Shown in pieces: positions 16,741 to 26,397 of a DNA stretch of 32,000 nt. The position numbers and the translations under genes were made by a program. This DNA is from Flavobacteriaceae bacterium (GTDB lineage: Bacteria; Bacteroidota; Bacteroidia; Flavobacteriales; Flavobacteriaceae). The notes below the pieces were generated by a model. The model did no database searches. It worked only from the letters and a program-made list of their open reading frames with translations, and was not told the DNA's origin. The stretch spans positions 4,110,001 through 4,142,000 of the forward strand of contig OZ245049.1 in NCBI GenBank assembly GCA_965224465.1. Direction: 5' to 3'. The first letter of the stretch is position 1, and each line of letters starts with the position of its first letter.

Positions 16741-17850
16741 TTAAAAACGTACCCCCAGTCCAAACTCTAAAGCTTCTGCTCTAAATAGATTTACTCTAAG
16801 AGTGAGTTCTGTAAAAATATGATTATTTATTTGATGTTTGAAGCCAAGGCGTTCGTACATATTGGTGACATAATGCGTGGGGTTATAGGCGTAATATCCT
16901 ATTTGAGTGATGAAAGCAAAAGTATCCATATGGAGTTCGTGTCCAATAAATATCCCTGCTCTGAGCTTCTTATTTGTGACCAAGTTTTCTCCTTCGTTTT
17001 TGTTTTGATACTTGGCATATCTTGGCATAAAATTGGAATAAAAAAGATCTGTTCCTGCGGTGATGCTTGAATACCAGTTTATTTTTTTAGAGACATAGCC
17101 TGTTAGTGTATAAAAAGAATACAAGCCGCTATTGATAATTTTGGATTCGTTTACTCCTCCTCTAAAAACTAGGTTATAAGATAGATGCTCCTTTTTAAAA
17201 GGTTCGATATTAGTTATAAAGGAATCCGTTTCTAATGTCTTTTCACTAAAACTGTAATTGATTCCTGCATGTGCAGCTATGGTGTTTAGTCCTAGATTTG
17301 GGTTGTTAAATGCGGCATTGGAATAGTGATACAATCCCACTCCTGCTTCAACTCCCCAGTTGCCAATAATATGCGGGCGTAAATAATCTAATTTGATAAA
17401 ACCAGCAAATAAAATAGGAGAACCTATAGCGTAATTATTTGGGTTTGTAACAGCGTTGTATTGACGTGTAATATAAGCAAGCCCTGCGCCAGTTACTAAT
17501 TTAAAATGATTGGGGTTGTTTCTTTTGTTTAAGAAAAACGAATACTGTCGTAATACAGAATATGCCTTGCCGAGAACATTAGAATTTAAGTCCTCATACA
17601 ACAGCGAAAATCCTTTTTCGGGTCTGTTGTATAGATGCTTGAATGCTTCGTTTTTATGGCGTGTTGTGTTCCAAGAAATCAACATTCCAGAAATGTTTCC
17701 GTCTATGGCAACGGCAAGTTTTTTATCGTGCTCAATCAATTGTCCATAGATCGCATCAATTTGTACATTGTTTTGTGCGTACGAAATTAATTGTCCAGAT
17801 AGAAAAAAAAGAGCAAGTAGTTTTTTTATGTTTTTATTCATTTTACGCAT
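16741..17850 (-). CDS. PagL-like acyloxyacyl hydrolase / OM beta-barrel (paralog 1)
   Basis: It has a signal peptide ending ..SYAQ and a C-terminal LGVRF. It is paralogous to the next gene. The family call is from memory of flavobacterial 'acyloxyacyl hydrolase' annotations. Confidence 0.45.
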   Translation of the reverse strand: MRKMNKNIKKLLALFFLSGQLISYAQNNVQIDAIYGQLIEHDKKLAVAIDGNISGMLISWNTTRHKNEAFKHLYNRPEKGFSLLYEDLNSNVLGKAYSVLRQYSFFLNKRNNPNHFKLVTGAGLAYITRQYNAVTNPNNYAIGSPILFAGFIKLDYLRPHIIGNWGVEAGVGLYHYSNAAFNNPNLGLNTIAAHAGINYSFSEKTLETDSFITNIEPFKKEHLSYNLVFRGGVNESKIINSGLYSFYTLTGYVSKKINWYSSITAGTDLFYSNFMPRYAKYQNKNEGENLVTNKKLRAGIFIGHELHMDTFAFITQIGYYAYNPTHYVTNMYERLGFKHQINNHIFTELTLRVNLFRAEALEFGLGVRF

Positions 17851-17856
17851 TGCTAA

Positions 17857-18966
17857 TTAAAATCTTATTCCGCCACCAAATTCAACAGTTTCAGCATTGG
17901 CACCATGAATTTTTAAACGAATTGCAACAAACCACTTATTGTTTATATAGCGTTTTAATGCGAGGGCTTCATAAACTTTACTTTGATAGAAGAACTCTGT
18001 TTTTAGGTAATAACCTACCTGAGCTTCTACAGAAAATTTATTTACAATGCGTTCATATCCTATAAAACCACCAATTCTAATATTGGAGAGGTGCGTGAGT
18101 TTGTCTGGGTTGTTTACGTTACTTATATTGTAATAATCTTCTAGGAAAGGGGAGTAGTAGACGTCAGAACCGATTTGGATGGCAGATCTTTTATTGAATC
18201 GTTTGTCGGCATAGACAGAGAATACAGCAAACCCTTTCATACCGCTTCCTATAAATTCAGATTCGTTTACGCCTCCACGAATCGCAATATTCAATTTGAT
18301 AGGTTCACGCTGTTTTTGATTGATACTACTTGGAATTAATTCAAAAGGAGCTGGAGTTTCATCCAGTTGGTAATTCACACCAAGTGTGGCTGCCCATGTA
18401 TTAATTCCGTTGTTGGGAGATTTTACATTGGCATTGGAGGCGTGAATAAAAGTGATTCCTGCATTTAAGCCCAAACGGTCTAATATGTTTTCGCGTTGGT
18501 AGTACAATTTAAAATAGGTGCTAGAACCCAATGCAGATCCGAAGGCAATATTTTTATTGTTTTTCACCTTGTCGTACGGATTGGTATTGTAAGAAATACC
18601 AAAGCCTGTACGGAGAATCAGTTGGTTGACTTTTTTACGATTCAATAGGTAAAAATTATAATGCCCATAAACAGCATATAATTTCCCTAAAATATCGTTT
18701 TTAAAATTTTGATAGGAGAGTGAAACTCCAAAATCGGGGTAGTTATAATGAGAAGCCCAGTCTTCTGCTCCATAATTTTTTTGATTCCAGCTTAATAAGA
18801 GGCCTTCAGGATGTCCTTTAATGAATACATAAGAGTCTGGACTATGCGCAATAATATTCCCGTAAAAGTACTCAGCTTGCACATAACTAGGTTTTCTGCT
18901 GGTAGTTTGAGAATACCCCACAGAAACAATATGCATTAATAATAAAATTAGTATTGTTTTTTTCAT
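17857..18966 (-). CDS. PagL-like acyloxyacyl hydrolase / OM beta-barrel (paralog 2)
   Basis: It has the signal peptide MKKTILILLLMHIVSVGYSQ and a C-terminal GGGIRF. It is the same length (369 aa) as its neighbour and collinear with it (LLSWN, GVSLSYQN, GVNES motifs). Confidence 0.45.
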   Translation of the reverse strand: MKKTILILLLMHIVSVGYSQTTSRKPSYVQAEYFYGNIIAHSPDSYVFIKGHPEGLLLSWNQKNYGAEDWASHYNYPDFGVSLSYQNFKNDILGKLYAVYGHYNFYLLNRKKVNQLILRTGFGISYNTNPYDKVKNNKNIAFGSALGSSTYFKLYYQRENILDRLGLNAGITFIHASNANVKSPNNGINTWAATLGVNYQLDETPAPFELIPSSINQKQREPIKLNIAIRGGVNESEFIGSGMKGFAVFSVYADKRFNKRSAIQIGSDVYYSPFLEDYYNISNVNNPDKLTHLSNIRIGGFIGYERIVNKFSVEAQVGYYLKTEFFYQSKVYEALALKRYINNKWFVAIRLKIHGANAETVEFGGGIRF

Positions 18967-18979
18967 ATCGGGGGCAAAT

Positions 18980-21900
18980 CTATGAATTTAATTTAAATTG
19001 ATAACCACCTTTTGTTAAGGTATCTATAAATTCGTTCGTAATATCTATTTTACGAGTTCTACTTGGCATGTCTAAACTTATTTTTTCTGTAGTCTCATTG
19101 ATAACGATGTGTAAGCTCTTTTGCCCTTGATAGGTGCTTATAATCTCGTTTAGTTTAGTAATCAGCTCTTTGTTAATCTGTTCTAAATTAAAAGAAATGG
19201 TTATTTTTTTAGAGAATTCACCCAAAATGTCTTGTAATAAATGAACGTTCGTAAACATAAAACGGACATCTCCATTGTTCCATCCTGGTTTAACAAATAC
19301 TTTTAGGTATAAAAAAGCATTGGGTATTAGGAAATGTTTGTGTCGTAAATATTCTTCCCCAAAGATTCTGAATTCATGTGAGCCAGAATAATCTTCGATA
19401 AAAAACGCCCCCCATCCTTTTCCGTTTTTAGAAACTCGGTGTTGGACTTCGGTTACAATTCCACCAATAGATAACTCCTGATTTACGAGTGATGCTGGGT
19501 TTGACAAAACACTTAAAGGGGTAGGGCAGAAGTACTTGATTTCGGTTTTAAAATCGTCTAAAGGATGTCCTGAAATATAAATTCCAACCACTTCTTTTTC
19601 CTTAGATAGCTTTTCCATAACGCCCCATTTTTCACAATCAGGAATAATAGGTTCTGGAATTTGAACATCTGAGTGTTCTCCAAACATGGAGATTTGTGCT
19701 GAATTTTTACTTTCTTGAAATTTATTTCCAAAACGCATGGCTTTTTCTAAAAAGGTAGAGTTTCCGTCTACCGCCATGTATTGTGCCCGGTGTGTTTCTG
19801 TAAATGAGTCAAAACCTCCTGCAAGTAATAGTCCTTCAAAAGCGCGTTTATTTGCGGCTCTTAAATCTATTCTTTTTGCCAAATCAAAAACAGACTTGTA
19901 CTTTCCATCTTCTTTTCTGTTGTTAATAATAGTCATGATGGCTCCATTTCCAACACCTTTGATTGCTCCCATACCAAATCGGACAGCGCCACTGTCATTT
20001 ACTGTGAATTTTAAAGAAGATTCGTTGATGTCTGGCCCCAGTACTTTGAGTCCCATTCGTTTACATTCTTCCATAAAAAAGGATACCTTTTTAATGTCGT
20101 TCATGTTATTTGAAAGTACTGCTGCCATATATTCTGCAGGGTAATGTGCTTTTAAGAAGGCTGTTTGGTAGGCGATCCAAGCATAGCATGTAGAGTGCGA
20201 TTTGTTAAATGCGTAAGATGCAAATGCTTCCCAGTCTGTCCAAATTTTCTCTAATTTATCTTCGTTATGCCCTTTTGCTTTGGCATTTTCAATAAACTTA
20301 GGTTTCATTTTTGCCAGTACTGCAATTTGTTTCTTACCCATCGCTTTACGTAATACATCGGCTTCTCCTTTTGTAAAGTCTGCCAATTTTTGCGAGAGTA
20401 GCATCACTTGCTCTTGGTATACAGTAATACCGTAGGTTTCTTTCAAGTATTCCTCCATATCGGCCAAATCGTATTCGATTTCTTCAATACCGTGTTTACG
20501 ATTAATAAAAGAAGGGATGTATTCAATAGGTCCTGGTCTGTACAAGGCATTCATGGCAATTAAATCGTCAAAAACCGTTGGTCTTAATTCGCGCATGTAT
20601 TTTTGCATTCCTGCGGATTCGTATTGGAAAATACCGACAGTTTCTCCACGTTGAAAGAGTTCGTAGGTTTTTACATCTTCCAAGTCAAATTCCTCAGGGT
20701 CTAAATCCACACCGTGCTTTTCTTTGACCAAGGCACAGGCGTCTTTTATTAGAGTCAGTGTTTTTAATCCCAAGAAGTCCATTTTTAACAAGCCTGCATC
20801 TTCTACTACAGAGTTGTCGAACTGGGTCACATACATGTTGGAATCCTTAGCGAGGGCTACTGGCACAAACTTGGTAATATCGTCGGGTGTAATAATCACC
20901 CCACAGGCATGAATCCCTGTGTTTCTTACAGATCCTTCTAGTACAAGGGCTTTGTTAATTACTTCTGCATCTAGTCCGTTTCCTTCTGAAATTCTTTTTA
21001 ACTCGTTTATTAATTCAATTTCCTCAGACCTAAATTTTTCTTTTAGTCCTTTATCATCCAACCCGAAAATTTTGTTCAGTTTGGTCATTTCGGGAATTAA
21101 CTTTGCAATCCTGTCGGCTTCAAACAAGGGTAAATCTAATACACGTGCTGTATCTCGAATAGAAGATTTGGCGGCCATGGTGCCGTAAGTGATGATTTGT
21201 GCTACTTGATTTGAACCGTATTTTTCAATTACATAGTCCATTACGCGCCCACGTCCTTCGTCATCAAAATCAATATCAATATCGGGCATGGATACACGTT
21301 CTGGATTCAAGAATCGCTCAAAAAGTAATTTGTACTTTAAGGGATCTATATTGGTAATCCATAAACAATAAGCAACTACAGAACCAGCAGCAGATCCCCG
21401 ACCAGGACCTACACTTACGTTCATTTTTCTGGCAGCACGGATAAAATCTTCAACAATTAGAAAGTACCCAGGATATCCTGTTTTTTCAATTACTTCGAGT
21501 TCGAAATCTAAGCGTTCTATTACTTCTTCGCTCAGCTCTTCACCATATCTTATTTTTGCTCCTTTAAAGGTAATATGTCTTAAAAAGGCATTTTCACCAC
21601 GTTTTCCTCCGTCAACGAGGTCTTCTGCGTGTTCAAATTCTTTACCAATATCAAAGGCAGGTAATAATACCGATCTTGCCAAGGTGTAAATTTCGATTTG
21701 GTCAACAATTTCCTGAATATTGCTAATTGCTTGAGGAACATCTTTAAACAGCGTTTTCATTTCTGAACTCGATTTAAAGTAGTATTCGTCGTTTGGCAAT
21801 CCGTATCTATAGCCTCTACCACGTCCTTTAGGAGTGGCTTGTTTTTCACCGTCTTTTACACAGAGTAAAATATCATGAGGTATGGAATCTTTACGTTCTA

Positions 21901-23347
21901 GGTAGAAGGTGTTATTGGTAGCAATTAATTTTACGTCATGTTTTTTTGAAAACGAAATCAGTGTTTTATTTACTCGATCTTCGTCCTCCTGACCATGACG
22001 CATGATTTCTATATATAAATCTTTGCCAAATTGCTCTTTCCACCAAAGCAACGCTTCTTCGGCTTGTTTTTCACCTACATTTAGGATTTTGTTAGGAACC
22101 TCTCCATACATGTTCCCTGTTAATACAATAACATCTTCTTTGTATTGTTCTATAATTTTTCGGTCAATTCGTGGAATATAATAAAATCCATCTACAAAGG
22201 CAATGGAAGACATTTTTGCAATATTATGGTATCCATTTTTGTTTTTTGCAAGCAAGACAACTGCATATCCATTGTCTTTTACCTTTTTGTTGAGGTGGTC
22301 TTCACAAATGTTAAATTCACATCCAACAATAGGTTTTAATATTTTTTTAGTTGGTTTTTTTCCTGCTGCTATAAGTGCTGCATTGTCTGCTTCAACCGAT
22401 TTATTGTAGTTTAAAACAGCGGTTACAAAATGAAAAGCTGCCATCATATTTCCGCTATCCGTTAAGGCAACAGCAGAATGCTTGTTTTTTACCGCAGCGT
22501 TTACCATGTTTTTAATTTGCATAGTAGACTGCAAAATGGTAAACTGTGTATGGTTGTGTAGATGTGCAAATTCGGCTTTCTCTAGCAAAGCAATATTATC
22601 CGATAGATTAATGTCTTCGGTAATGCTTTCAGATTGCTGAATTTTTTTGGCTATTTTCTCACTTTGTTTTTTAAGGTTGACATGTTTTAAGCCAATTCCT
22701 TGAATGGTATTTGGGTTTTTTGCTTTATAAGTTTCTAGGAAACCTTCGCTCGCTAGTAGTTCGTCCTCTGTAAAATTATGGGTACGAATCAATTCTAAAA
22801 AACAACGCGTAGTTGCTTCTACGTCGGCAGTCGCGTTATGTGCTTCTGAAAACGGAGTTTGAAATAGAAACTCATGTAGTTCTGTTAGGGTAGGAAGTTT
22901 AAATTTCCCTCCTCTACCTCCAGTAATTTGACATAAAGTAGCAGTGCGTTCGGTACAGGTGTCTAATATAGGAAGTTTGTTTAATAGCGATTCCACTCCA
23001 GCTCTGTGGAATTCACAGCCCATAATATTTAAATCAAAACGTACATTTTGACCTACAACAAAGGTGGTTTTGCCTAGAGCTTCGTTAAAACGGTCTAATC
23101 CTGTACGTAAATCAATCCCTTGTTCTAATGCCAATTCGGTAGAAATACCATGAATTCTTTCCGCATCATACGGGATGTTATAGTCTTCAGGGATGATTAG
23201 GAAATCATCATGTTCTATCAGGTTTCCAAAGGTATCGTGCAGCTGCCAAGCTATTTGCACACAGCGAGGCCAGTTGTTTGTGTCTGTAATTGGAGCATTC
23301 CAACTCTTGGGTAAGCCCGTAGTTTCTGTATCAAAAATCAGGTACAT
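18980..23347 (-). CDS. dnaE: DNA polymerase III alpha subunit with an N-terminal DnaQ-like 3'-5' exonuclease domain
   Basis: 1455 aa. The DEDDh motifs are FDTETTGL and HNATADVEAT. These are followed by the PHP domain (HLHNHTQFTILQS), the pol III alpha core (..GLLKMDFLGLKTL..) and an OB-fold tail. Confidence 0.93.
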   Translation of the reverse strand: MYLIFDTETTGLPKSWNAPITDTNNWPRCVQIAWQLHDTFGNLIEHDDFLIIPEDYNIPYDAERIHGISTELALEQGIDLRTGLDRFNEALGKTTFVVGQNVRFDLNIMGCEFHRAGVESLLNKLPILDTCTERTATLCQITGGRGGKFKLPTLTELHEFLFQTPFSEAHNATADVEATTRCFLELIRTHNFTEDELLASEGFLETYKAKNPNTIQGIGLKHVNLKKQSEKIAKKIQQSESITEDINLSDNIALLEKAEFAHLHNHTQFTILQSTMQIKNMVNAAVKNKHSAVALTDSGNMMAAFHFVTAVLNYNKSVEADNAALIAAGKKPTKKILKPIVGCEFNICEDHLNKKVKDNGYAVVLLAKNKNGYHNIAKMSSIAFVDGFYYIPRIDRKIIEQYKEDVIVLTGNMYGEVPNKILNVGEKQAEEALLWWKEQFGKDLYIEIMRHGQEDEDRVNKTLISFSKKHDVKLIATNNTFYLERKDSIPHDILLCVKDGEKQATPKGRGRGYRYGLPNDEYYFKSSSEMKTLFKDVPQAISNIQEIVDQIEIYTLARSVLLPAFDIGKEFEHAEDLVDGGKRGENAFLRHITFKGAKIRYGEELSEEVIERLDFELEVIEKTGYPGYFLIVEDFIRAARKMNVSVGPGRGSAAGSVVAYCLWITNIDPLKYKLLFERFLNPERVSMPDIDIDFDDEGRGRVMDYVIEKYGSNQVAQIITYGTMAAKSSIRDTARVLDLPLFEADRIAKLIPEMTKLNKIFGLDDKGLKEKFRSEEIELINELKRISEGNGLDAEVINKALVLEGSVRNTGIHACGVIITPDDITKFVPVALAKDSNMYVTQFDNSVVEDAGLLKMDFLGLKTLTLIKDACALVKEKHGVDLDPEEFDLEDVKTYELFQRGETVGIFQYESAGMQKYMRELRPTVFDDLIAMNALYRPGPIEYIPSFINRKHGIEEIEYDLADMEEYLKETYGITVYQEQVMLLSQKLADFTKGEADVLRKAMGKKQIAVLAKMKPKFIENAKAKGHNEDKLEKIWTDWEAFASYAFNKSHSTCYAWIAYQTAFLKAHYPAEYMAAVLSNNMNDIKKVSFFMEECKRMGLKVLGPDINESSLKFTVNDSGAVRFGMGAIKGVGNGAIMTIINNRKEDGKYKSVFDLAKRIDLRAANKRAFEGLLLAGGFDSFTETHRAQYMAVDGNSTFLEKAMRFGNKFQESKNSAQISMFGEHSDVQIPEPIIPDCEKWGVMEKLSKEKEVVGIYISGHPLDDFKTEIKYFCPTPLSVLSNPASLVNQELSIGGIVTEVQHRVSKNGKGWGAFFIEDYSGSHEFRIFGEEYLRHKHFLIPNAFLYLKVFVKPGWNNGDVRFMFTNVHLLQDILGEFSKKITISFNLEQINKELITKLNEIISTYQGQKSLHIVINETTEKISLDMPSRTRKIDITNEFIDTLTKGGYQFKLNS

Positions 23348-23626
23348 GAAGTCTAAATATTTTTAGTGTAAAATGAGGGTTTAAAATTAACCATTTTGAA
23401 ATTGATAGCCTTGATTGATGTAATAATTTTATCAACAGCTTTACTTCTGTCTAAATAGACTCATACCAAATAAGAGATTAGATCACTTGTTTTAAAGGTG
23501 TTAATTGTGTTTTTAAGGCAGGTTTTTGTGAATTGTACGTGTTTAGATGAGAAACCTAACATAGGTCATAGTTCTTAAAATGACCTTGTCGTAATTTTAA
23601 CATGTTAAATAGGTAAAAGTGGATGT

Positions 23627-24073
23627 ATGGATACATGTAATAAGAATCAAAATTTAATTTCAGACAGGCTTTTTAGAACAACAGGAGTTATAGAATCGGT
23701 AGATGGAGGTTTTGCGAAAGTGCGATTAAAGTCAAATGCTAATTGTGATGGTTGTAAGGCGCAATCTGCTTGTGGAGTAGATAATGGGGATAAAATTGTA
23801 CATGTAGCCTTGGATGAATCATTAGATTTAAACACGCTAATTACCGTAGGAATAGATAAAAAGAAAGGTTTAATAGCCGTTGTATATGCTTATGTGTTTC
23901 CTTTTTTATTGTTGCTAACCACGTTACTTATAGGATCTGTTTTCTTATCAGAATCAATGGCGGGACTGTTGTCCTTAGCAGTATTGATTCCTTATTATAT
24001 ACTGCTTTATTTTTTGAGAGCAGCGTTTACCGAAAAATTTAGAGTTTCATTATTAAATCAAATTAAGAACTAA
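23627..24073 (+). CDS. rseC: RseC/MucC-family (SoxR-reducing system) membrane protein
   Basis: 148 aa with an N-terminal Cys-containing soluble domain (..CDGCKAQSACG..) and two C-terminal TM helices. It sits directly upstream of rnfB, and its stop overlaps the rnfB ATG (TAATG). Confidence 0.65.
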   Translation: MDTCNKNQNLISDRLFRTTGVIESVDGGFAKVRLKSNANCDGCKAQSACGVDNGDKIVHVALDESLDLNTLITVGIDKKKGLIAVVYAYVFPFLLLLTTLLIGSVFLSESMAGLLSLAVLIPYYILLYFLRAAFTEKFRVSLLNQIKN

Positions 24074-25074
24074 TGACAGTGTTGTATAGCGTTTTATTAT
24101 TGGTGATGTTGGGCGTTTTTGCGGCACTCATCTTGTATGTTGTTTCTAAAAAGTTTTATGTATATGAAGATCCGCTGATCGAAAAAGTAGAAGATGTATT
24201 GCCTGGTGCAAACTGTGCTGGTTGTGGTTCTCCAGGCTGTAAGTCATTTGCTGAAAATTTAGTAAAAACCGAAGATATATCTGATTTGTTCTGTCCAGTA
24301 GGAGGGAACAATACCATGAAAGCAGTGGCAGAAATATTGGGAAAAGAAGTGACGGAACAAGCACCTACTGTAGCAGTGGTTCGCTGCCAAGGAGGATGTG
24401 ATGTACGTCCTAAAACTAGTGAGTTTCAAGGGCCGTTATCTTGTAGTATTTCTACCTTATTATATGGAGGGGAAACAGATTGTGAATATGGGTGTTTGGG
24501 AATGGGTGAATGTGTAGATGCTTGTGAGTTTGACGCCATGTTTATGGATGAAAAAACGGGTTTACCTGTAGTTATTACGGATAAATGTACTTCTTGTGGT
24601 GCTTGTGTTAAGGCATGTCCAAAAGATATTATTGAAATGCGTCCTAAGAAAAAACGTGACTTAAAAATATTTGTTAGTTGCATGAATCAAGACAAAGGAG
24701 GGATTGCACGAAAAGCGTGTAACGTTGCCTGTATTGGATGTAATAAGTGTTTTGATATTTGCCCTAAAGATGCCATCACTATGGAAAATATGTTGGCTTA
24801 TATTGATCCTGATCTATGCACCTTGTGTAGAAAATGTGTACCTATCTGTCCTACCAATTCTATTTTGGAAACCAATTTTCCTCCGCCAAAAATAAAGAAA
24901 GATGATGCTAAAAAACCAGTAAAGAAACTAAAAATAATAGCGAAGGATAAAAATGATGATGGCGTGGTTGTAAAGGTAAAACCAACAATTAAAAAAGAAC
25001 CAATATCGGCTGTTAATAAAATGGAAGCTATGGTTGAAAGTGTAACCTCAGAAAAAACAGAAAACAATGCTTAA
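24073..25074 (+). CDS. rnfB: Rnf electron-transport complex subunit B
   Basis: N-terminal TM helix, CAGCGSPGC cluster motif, and ferredoxin motifs CTSCGACVKACP, CIGCNKCFDICP and CTLCRKCVPICP. It also has a Lys-rich C-terminal tail of about 60 aa. Confidence 0.85.
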   Translation: MTVLYSVLLLVMLGVFAALILYVVSKKFYVYEDPLIEKVEDVLPGANCAGCGSPGCKSFAENLVKTEDISDLFCPVGGNNTMKAVAEILGKEVTEQAPTVAVVRCQGGCDVRPKTSEFQGPLSCSISTLLYGGETDCEYGCLGMGECVDACEFDAMFMDEKTGLPVVITDKCTSCGACVKACPKDIIEMRPKKKRDLKIFVSCMNQDKGGIARKACNVACIGCNKCFDICPKDAITMENMLAYIDPDLCTLCRKCVPICPTNSILETNFPPPKIKKDDAKKPVKKLKIIAKDKNDDGVVVKVKPTIKKEPISAVNKMEAMVESVTSEKTENNA

Positions 25075-26395
25075 AACATTTCCAAAAGGAGGTGTGCATC
25101 CTCCAGAAAATAAAATTACGGCTTCTAAAAGTATTCAGAAATTACCGTTGCCAAAAACAGTACACGTTCCTGTGGCACAACATATAGGTGCACCTGCTCA
25201 GATAATAGTAGCACGTAAAGAGAAAGTGGTTATCGGACAAGTAATAGCCAAGTCTGGTGGTTTTGTGTCTTCTAATATTCATTCGCCAGTGGCGGGTGTA
25301 GTCACCAAAATTGATAAGATTATAGACAGTAGTGGGTATAAAAAAGACTGTATTGTGATTCGTGTTGACATGAAAGACGAAAGTAATTTAGCCGTCGAAG
25401 AATTTCCTATAAAACATGAAATAAGTCAAACCCCCAAAGAGATTGTAAAGATAATTGCTGATTATGGAATTGTAGGTTTAGGAGGAGCAACGTTTCCTTT
25501 GCATGTGAAATTAGCCTTAAAACCGGATCAAAATATAGATTGTTTGTTGATAAATGGGGTGGAATGTGAGCCTTATCTAACAGCCGATCATCGATTGATG
25601 CTCGAAAAAACAGAAGAGATAGTTATCGGTATCAAAATTTTGCTAAAAGCTTTTGGAATTAACAAAGCAATCATTGGAATTGAAAACAATAAGAAAGATG
25701 CTATTAATGCATTGAAAGAATTTTGTGTAAACGAACCTGAAATACAAATAGCTACCTTAAAAGTGAAATATCCGCAGGGAGGTGAAAAACAATTGATCAA
25801 AGCTATTTTAGGTAGAGAAGTGCCTGTGGGGGGATTGCCTTTAAATGTGGGAGTGGTTGTGCATAATGTAGGGACTGTTTTTGCAGTATACGATGCCGTA
25901 CAAAACAAGAGACCTTTAACCGAGAGAGTGGTAACAGTGACAGGGAAATCTTTGGAAACTTCGGGGAATTTTTGGGTGAAAATTGGGACACCGATTTCTG
26001 ATTTAATTGCAGCTGTTGGTGCACTTCCAGAGGATACTAGAAAAATTATAAATGGAGGACCAATGATGGGTAAAGCCATTAAAAATACCAGCATCCCTGT
26101 TACTAAAGGAACTTCTGGTATTTTGTTGATTTCTGAGAAGGAAGCGAGCAGAAAAGAAGTTCAAAATTGTATTAGATGTGCTACCTGTGTATCTGTGTGT
26201 CCTATGGGATTGGAGCCAAACTTATTGATGAGCTTGACAGAGAAAACAATGTTTGAACAAGCGGCATCCGAAGATATTATGACCTGTATAGAATGTGGTT
26301 CTTGTAGTTATGTATGTCCTTCTAATCGTCCTATTTTAGACCATATTAGATTGGGAAAAACAATTGTTAGAAAATTAGACCTTTTAAAGAATTAA
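25067..26395 (+). CDS. rnfC: Rnf complex subunit C
   Basis: 442 aa. The GLGGATFP nucleotide-binding-type loop and the two 4Fe-4S motifs CIRCATCVSVCP and CIECGSCSYVCP are present. It overlaps rnfB by 8 nt. Confidence 0.9.
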   Translation: MLKTFPKGGVHPPENKITASKSIQKLPLPKTVHVPVAQHIGAPAQIIVARKEKVVIGQVIAKSGGFVSSNIHSPVAGVVTKIDKIIDSSGYKKDCIVIRVDMKDESNLAVEEFPIKHEISQTPKEIVKIIADYGIVGLGGATFPLHVKLALKPDQNIDCLLINGVECEPYLTADHRLMLEKTEEIVIGIKILLKAFGINKAIIGIENNKKDAINALKEFCVNEPEIQIATLKVKYPQGGEKQLIKAILGREVPVGGLPLNVGVVVHNVGTVFAVYDAVQNKRPLTERVVTVTGKSLETSGNFWVKIGTPISDLIAAVGALPEDTRKIINGGPMMGKAIKNTSIPVTKGTSGILLISEKEASRKEVQNCIRCATCVSVCPMGLEPNLLMSLTEKTMFEQAASEDIMTCIECGSCSYVCPSNRPILDHIRLGKTIVRKLDLLKN

Positions 26396-26397
26396 TA

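Noticed and set aside
19737-20144. Antisense ORFs within dnaE (19737..20144, 20724..20912, 20919..21188, 22145..22339, 22203..22409)
   Set aside because: These are shadow ORFs on the opposite strand of a long, clearly real gene. They have low-complexity Ser/Phe/Leu-rich translations and no independent signals.
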